Positions 29,272-32,000 of a stretch of 32,000 bases of DNA are shown here, one piece after another (the stretch's first letter is position 1; each line of letters starts with the position of its first letter). The translations under genes and the position numbers were made by a program. Location: assembly GCF_000018305.1 (NCBI RefSeq), contig NC_009954.1, forward strand, positions 1,860,001 to 1,892,000, read 5' to 3'. This stretch comes from Caldivirga maquilingensis IC-167. Lineage in GTDB: Archaea > Thermoproteota > Thermoprotei > Thermoproteales > Thermocladiaceae. The notes below the pieces were generated by a model, which searched no databases, was not told the DNA's origin, and saw only the letters and a program-made list of their open reading frames with translations.

Positions 29272-29572
29272 TTATGGCTTCGATGTACTTTGGCATTAAG
29301 TCTGGATTGTAAGGTACATTGATTAGCATTGCCATGGCGGTATTGACAACCTTAATTACAAAGTCCGCAATGCTCATTCCCCATACAATCACGCGATGCC
29401 CCTTCTCATCCACCAAGTGCTTAATGCTCAGTCTCTCAAGCACCGACCTAACGAACTCAACATTATTGTAGAAGTAAAGCATCTTACTTTTGCCGTCGTA
29501 ATACGTCCACCTAGTCCTAACGAGTAGTTCATAGAGCTCGTCAAAGCCCACTGAGCCTGGGGCTTGGTTCAC
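29228..29572 (-). CDS. Hypothetical protein (114 aa), downstream of the RHH gene
   Basis: An uninterrupted ORF with a GTG start and non-repetitive composition. It lies 38-50 nt downstream of the RHH ORF on the same strand. I recognise no motif. Its last 15 or so codons are antisense to the FAD-oxidase stub. Confidence 0.4.
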   Translation of the reverse strand: MNQAPGSVGFDELYELLVRTRWTYYDGKSKMLYFYNNVEFVRSVLERLSIKHLVDEKGHRVIVWGMSIADFVIKVVNTAMAMLINVPYNPDLMPKYIEAIMSQRPTVLQAPYTH

Positions 29573-29622
29573 GGGTTGAGTTCCCCCGCCTTCGGTGTTA
29601 TAAGGTTGGTCTTATGATGGCT

Positions 29623-29829
29623 TTACATGGGCGTCAATGAAAGTTTCACCCAACTCCCTGAGCCGCTCAGTTGCTCGTTCCGGCTCTGGCTTGGGCTTGA
29701 GGAGCAGCAATTGAGCAATTCCCTGATTGCCTCGCTCACGGTCAGTCCCCTCTCAGTGACCATTTTACTCAACTCCTCGTAGACGTCCTCGGCGACCCTA
29801 ATTGTCCTGTACCTCACGGGAGCCACCAT
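29623..29829 (-). CDS. Ribbon-helix-helix (CopG/antitoxin-like) DNA-binding protein
   Basis: The internal ATG at 29829 gives 'MVAPVRYRTIRVAEDVYEELSKMVTERGLTVSEAIRELL', a strand plus two helices as in RHH proteins. A TATA-like TTTTAA (minus strand) at 29847-29852 lies about 20 nt upstream. The 105-aa track ORF from TTG 29940 is probably over-extended. After ...ELLN a second frame is also open to 29611 (…IAQLLLLKPKPEPERATERLRELGETFIDAHVKPS), so the C-terminus is uncertain. Confidence 0.55.
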   Translation of the reverse strand: MVAPVRYRTIRVAEDVYEELSKMVTERGLTVSEAIRELLNCCSSSPSQSRNEQLSGSGSWVKLSLTPM

Positions 29830-29954
29830 GACACATTGAGCATGCCTTAAAAGGGTGAAACGCACCAATGCGTCACGTGTGCCACGGCAAGGCATAGAGG
29901 ACCGAGAACACCGTGACGTAACAAGAAGATCATAAAGCACCGTGACACATTGAG
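29824..29954. repeat. Direct 17-nt repeat CACC(A/G)TGACACATTGAG plus a third CACCGTGAC core in the RHH / nucleotidyltransferase divergent spacer
   Basis: Copy 1 at 29824-29840 overlaps the RHH ATG. Copy 2 at 29938-29954 is identical at 16 of 17 positions. The core CACCGTGAC recurs at 29909-29917. A related inverted GTCACGTG lies at 29872-29879. Confidence 0.6.
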
Positions 29955-30032
29955 AAGCAGAACGAGAGGTATACGCGTGATGTCGATAGGCGGGATCATA
30001 AGGGAGAGGCCAGGGAGAAGGTTATTAGGGAG

Positions 30033-30356
30033 GTGATGGAGTACGTAATGAAGCTAAGGGCCAGGTGGGGCAAACTCACGGCAATACTCTACGGATCATA
30101 CGCAAGGGGCGACTTCAACCTATGGAGCGACGTCGACGTAATACTCATAACGGAGCACTTCAGGGGCAGGGAATTCATAACCAGGTGCGTGGAATTAATC
30201 GACACACCACCAAGGCTAGAACCCATATGCTGGACCCCTGAGGAGGCCAGGAAGGCCATGAAGAAACCCTGGCGGATTGAGGCACTACGGACATCCATCA
30301 TCCTAATTGATGACCATGGCTTAGCGAGACCATGGATGCAATGGGTAACGGTTTAA
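30033..30356 (+). CDS. Minimal nucleotidyltransferase (MNT / DNA polymerase beta-like NTase domain)
   Basis: 107-aa ORF. 'LYGSYARGDFNLWSDVDVILI' is the GS...D-x-D NTase signature. The in-frame upstream codons (…DHKGEAREKVIRE) look like family N-terminal helix sequence but lack a canonical start. Confidence 0.8.
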   Translation: MMEYVMKLRARWGKLTAILYGSYARGDFNLWSDVDVILITEHFRGREFITRCVELIDTPPRLEPICWTPEEARKAMKKPWRIEALRTSIILIDDHGLARPWMQWVTV

Positions 30357-30587
30357 CTGCCCCTAAGTAACTGATCTATGGGGTATTGATGACTCCCACT
30401 CAATGGGGATCGGCCCCATGTAGACTTTCGTGATGATTATGTTAACGATCTGAGGAACTGCGGTTAAGGATAGAAATTCACATATTAAGCCCAAATGACT
30501 GGTACCGGAAAATTAACTGTGAAGGGAATGGAAATTCTTAATGAAGTTTTATTTTTAATTCTTAAGTATCGTTATTTAGGCATTATT

Positions 30588-31997
30588 TCATGTTGGAATG
30601 GCCTCTTCCTCCGTCCTATACTTCCTCGCATCGAATCCGAGGACCGCACCTATCACTGCAGTGATAAATGCGAATGTTGCCAGGAAGTGTAATGTATTCA
30701 CTACGCCGATCGAGCTGAACAGAATGGGTGCCCAGAAGGAGCTTACAACTGCCGCCAGTTTACTGAAGAAGTAGTTCCAGCCACCTGCTGTACCTCTCTC
30801 ACTAGGTCCGTATGCCGTGTTTATCATTACGTATGACTGTACACCATTGGGTCCCATTACGTGGAACACCAAGAATGTTGTAGCGAAAAATACTATCAGT
30901 GGCACTATCTTGGGCGGCAATACGAAGGATGCCGCAAGCATCGAGATACCAGTACCCAGTGTACCTATGACGTATAGATTCTTCGTACCAAGTCTCGGAA
31001 CAAGATATGCCGTAGCAATGCCCGCCGCGAATCCCGCAACATTTATTATGGTAGTTGAGACTAGGGTAGCCAGTGAGCCTATTTTTGAAAGCACCAATAA
31101 GATATATGGAGTATAGAAACCGAAGGAGTAAAACTCGATTCCACCCTCGAAGGTGCCTATAAAGGTACTGGTGAGTTCCTTCCACTTACTCCTCCTGAAT
31201 ATCCTAAACAAGCTCCTGAAACCACGAACCTTGTGTATATCCAAGTCAACATCCGGTACATCCTGTAAATCTATTCCATATACCTGCTTAATTATTCGTT
31301 TCGCCGTAGCTAATCTACCCCTATATGCTATCCAAAGCACCGATTCAGGTATCCTTGATCTAAACAGAAGAATTATGAAGGCAGCAATACCGCCAATAAC
31401 CATGATGGCCCTCCATATTATTGGGTGCGTTAATGAATGTAGTGCAAAATACAGTGGAAAAACTATGAATACTATGGCAAACACCACAGAACCAAACCAA
31501 TATGCATCAAAACCGCCAGAGAACACGAGTCTCTTATTGAACTCAAGGAACTCGAAGATGTAGCTAAACCCCGTAACTATGTCTGCACCTAACGCATAAC
31601 CCAGCAATATCCTGAATATTGAGAACGTGTAGGGATCCGGTGCCAAACCAGCACCAATAGCCATAGCTACGAACAGGATCATGTTAAGTATAAGCATGTT
31701 CCTCCTGCCTATCCTATCATTCAACCACCCACCCGTCAGAGCACCTATCGTAGCTCCTATTTGTATGGAAGCTATGGCAAATCCAAAGAGGGCGGAGGAC
31801 ATCCATGGCCATGTGTTCTTGAATGCTGCCGTTGCTAGTGAAAATGCGCTGAAATCATACGCATCGAGAAATAGGGAGGCTATGGCTATGCCAATTATGA
31901 AGTATGGAGTAACGTGGCTCTGGGCAAGAACGACCTGGTATATTCTTTTTATACCCCTCTCTATGTCTTCTCTAGTGTAACCGGGTTGACTAGCCAC
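30588..31997 (-). CDS. MFS transporter (paralog B)
   Basis: 469-aa ORF with a GTG start at 31997. Motif A 'GGWLNDRIGRRN'. It shares long blocks with paralog A ('GAGLAPDPYTF', 'RIPESVLW.AYRGRLATAKRI', 'GFDARKY'). Confidence 0.85.
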   Translation of the reverse strand: MASQPGYTREDIERGIKRIYQVVLAQSHVTPYFIIGIAIASLFLDAYDFSAFSLATAAFKNTWPWMSSALFGFAIASIQIGATIGALTGGWLNDRIGRRNMLILNMILFVAMAIGAGLAPDPYTFSIFRILLGYALGADIVTGFSYIFEFLEFNKRLVFSGGFDAYWFGSVVFAIVFIVFPLYFALHSLTHPIIWRAIMVIGGIAAFIILLFRSRIPESVLWIAYRGRLATAKRIIKQVYGIDLQDVPDVDLDIHKVRGFRSLFRIFRRSKWKELTSTFIGTFEGGIEFYSFGFYTPYILLVLSKIGSLATLVSTTIINVAGFAAGIATAYLVPRLGTKNLYVIGTLGTGISMLAASFVLPPKIVPLIVFFATTFLVFHVMGPNGVQSYVMINTAYGPSERGTAGGWNYFFSKLAAVVSSFWAPILFSSIGVVNTLHFLATFAFITAVIGAVLGFDARKYRTEEEAIPT

Positions 31998-32000
31998 ATT

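Noticed and set aside
30371-30453. A second box C/D-like arrangement downstream of the MNT gene: CTGA 30371, TGATGA 30387-92, GTGATGA 30430-36, CTGA 30450-53.
   Set aside because: The spacing is wrong. There are 37 nt between the two C-type boxes and no internal D' box. There is no terminal stem and no guide complementarity I can recognise. Only the 3' half (GTGATGA-13 nt-CTGA) looks canonical.
1-32000. Search for CRISPR arrays, tRNA/rRNA genes, IS elements, integrases, or direct repeats at the borders of the three AT-rich blocks.
   Set aside because: I noticed no regularly spaced repeats, no GC-rich cloverleaf-type stems, no transposase or integrase-like ORFs, and no shared border repeats of 10 nt or more. 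The islands therefore lack visible mobility signatures.

Overview
This window looks like chromosomal DNA from a crenarchaeon. Most genes are about 45-52% G+C in spot counts, use AGG for Arg, and start about 25-30 nt after TATA-like boxes. I read this as a Thermoproteales-type host (Vulcanisaeta/Caldivirga-like), but that assignment is inference only. The backbone is cofactor and central metabolism: panE, pdxS-pdxT, nadA-nadB, gatD, a tightly packed glpK-glpA-coxG glycerol operon, an aminotransferase and a YdjM-like membrane hydrolase. Three visibly AT-rich blocks (spot counts 25-35% G+C) sit in this backbone: an overlapping pgk-gap-usp operon with AGA-type Arg usage (3.2-6.4 kb), a radical SAM/SPASM gene (9.3-10.4 kb), and an HTH_10 regulator (19.4-20.7 kb). 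The right third (20.7-32 kb) is an accessory catabolic island bracketed by two paralogous MFS transporters. Inside it an enolase-superfamily enzyme, a second MFS type, a TPP (acetolactate-synthase-like) enzyme and an FAD-oxidase stub are broken by nonsense codons and frameshifts. A beta-hydroxyacid dehydrogenase and a tungsten-type AOR remain intact. An RHH / hypothetical / nucleotidyltransferase module follows. Other observations: a YeiH-like transporter split by one in-frame TGA; a radical SAM gene whose CxxxCxxC motif lies upstream of any canonical start codon, next to a 53-codon Cys-containing ORF; a candidate box C/D sRNA with a guide that appears complementary to SSU rRNA; and a 34-bp divergent spacer with a palindromic TATA box. 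I recognised no rRNA, tRNA, CRISPR array, transposase or integrase.
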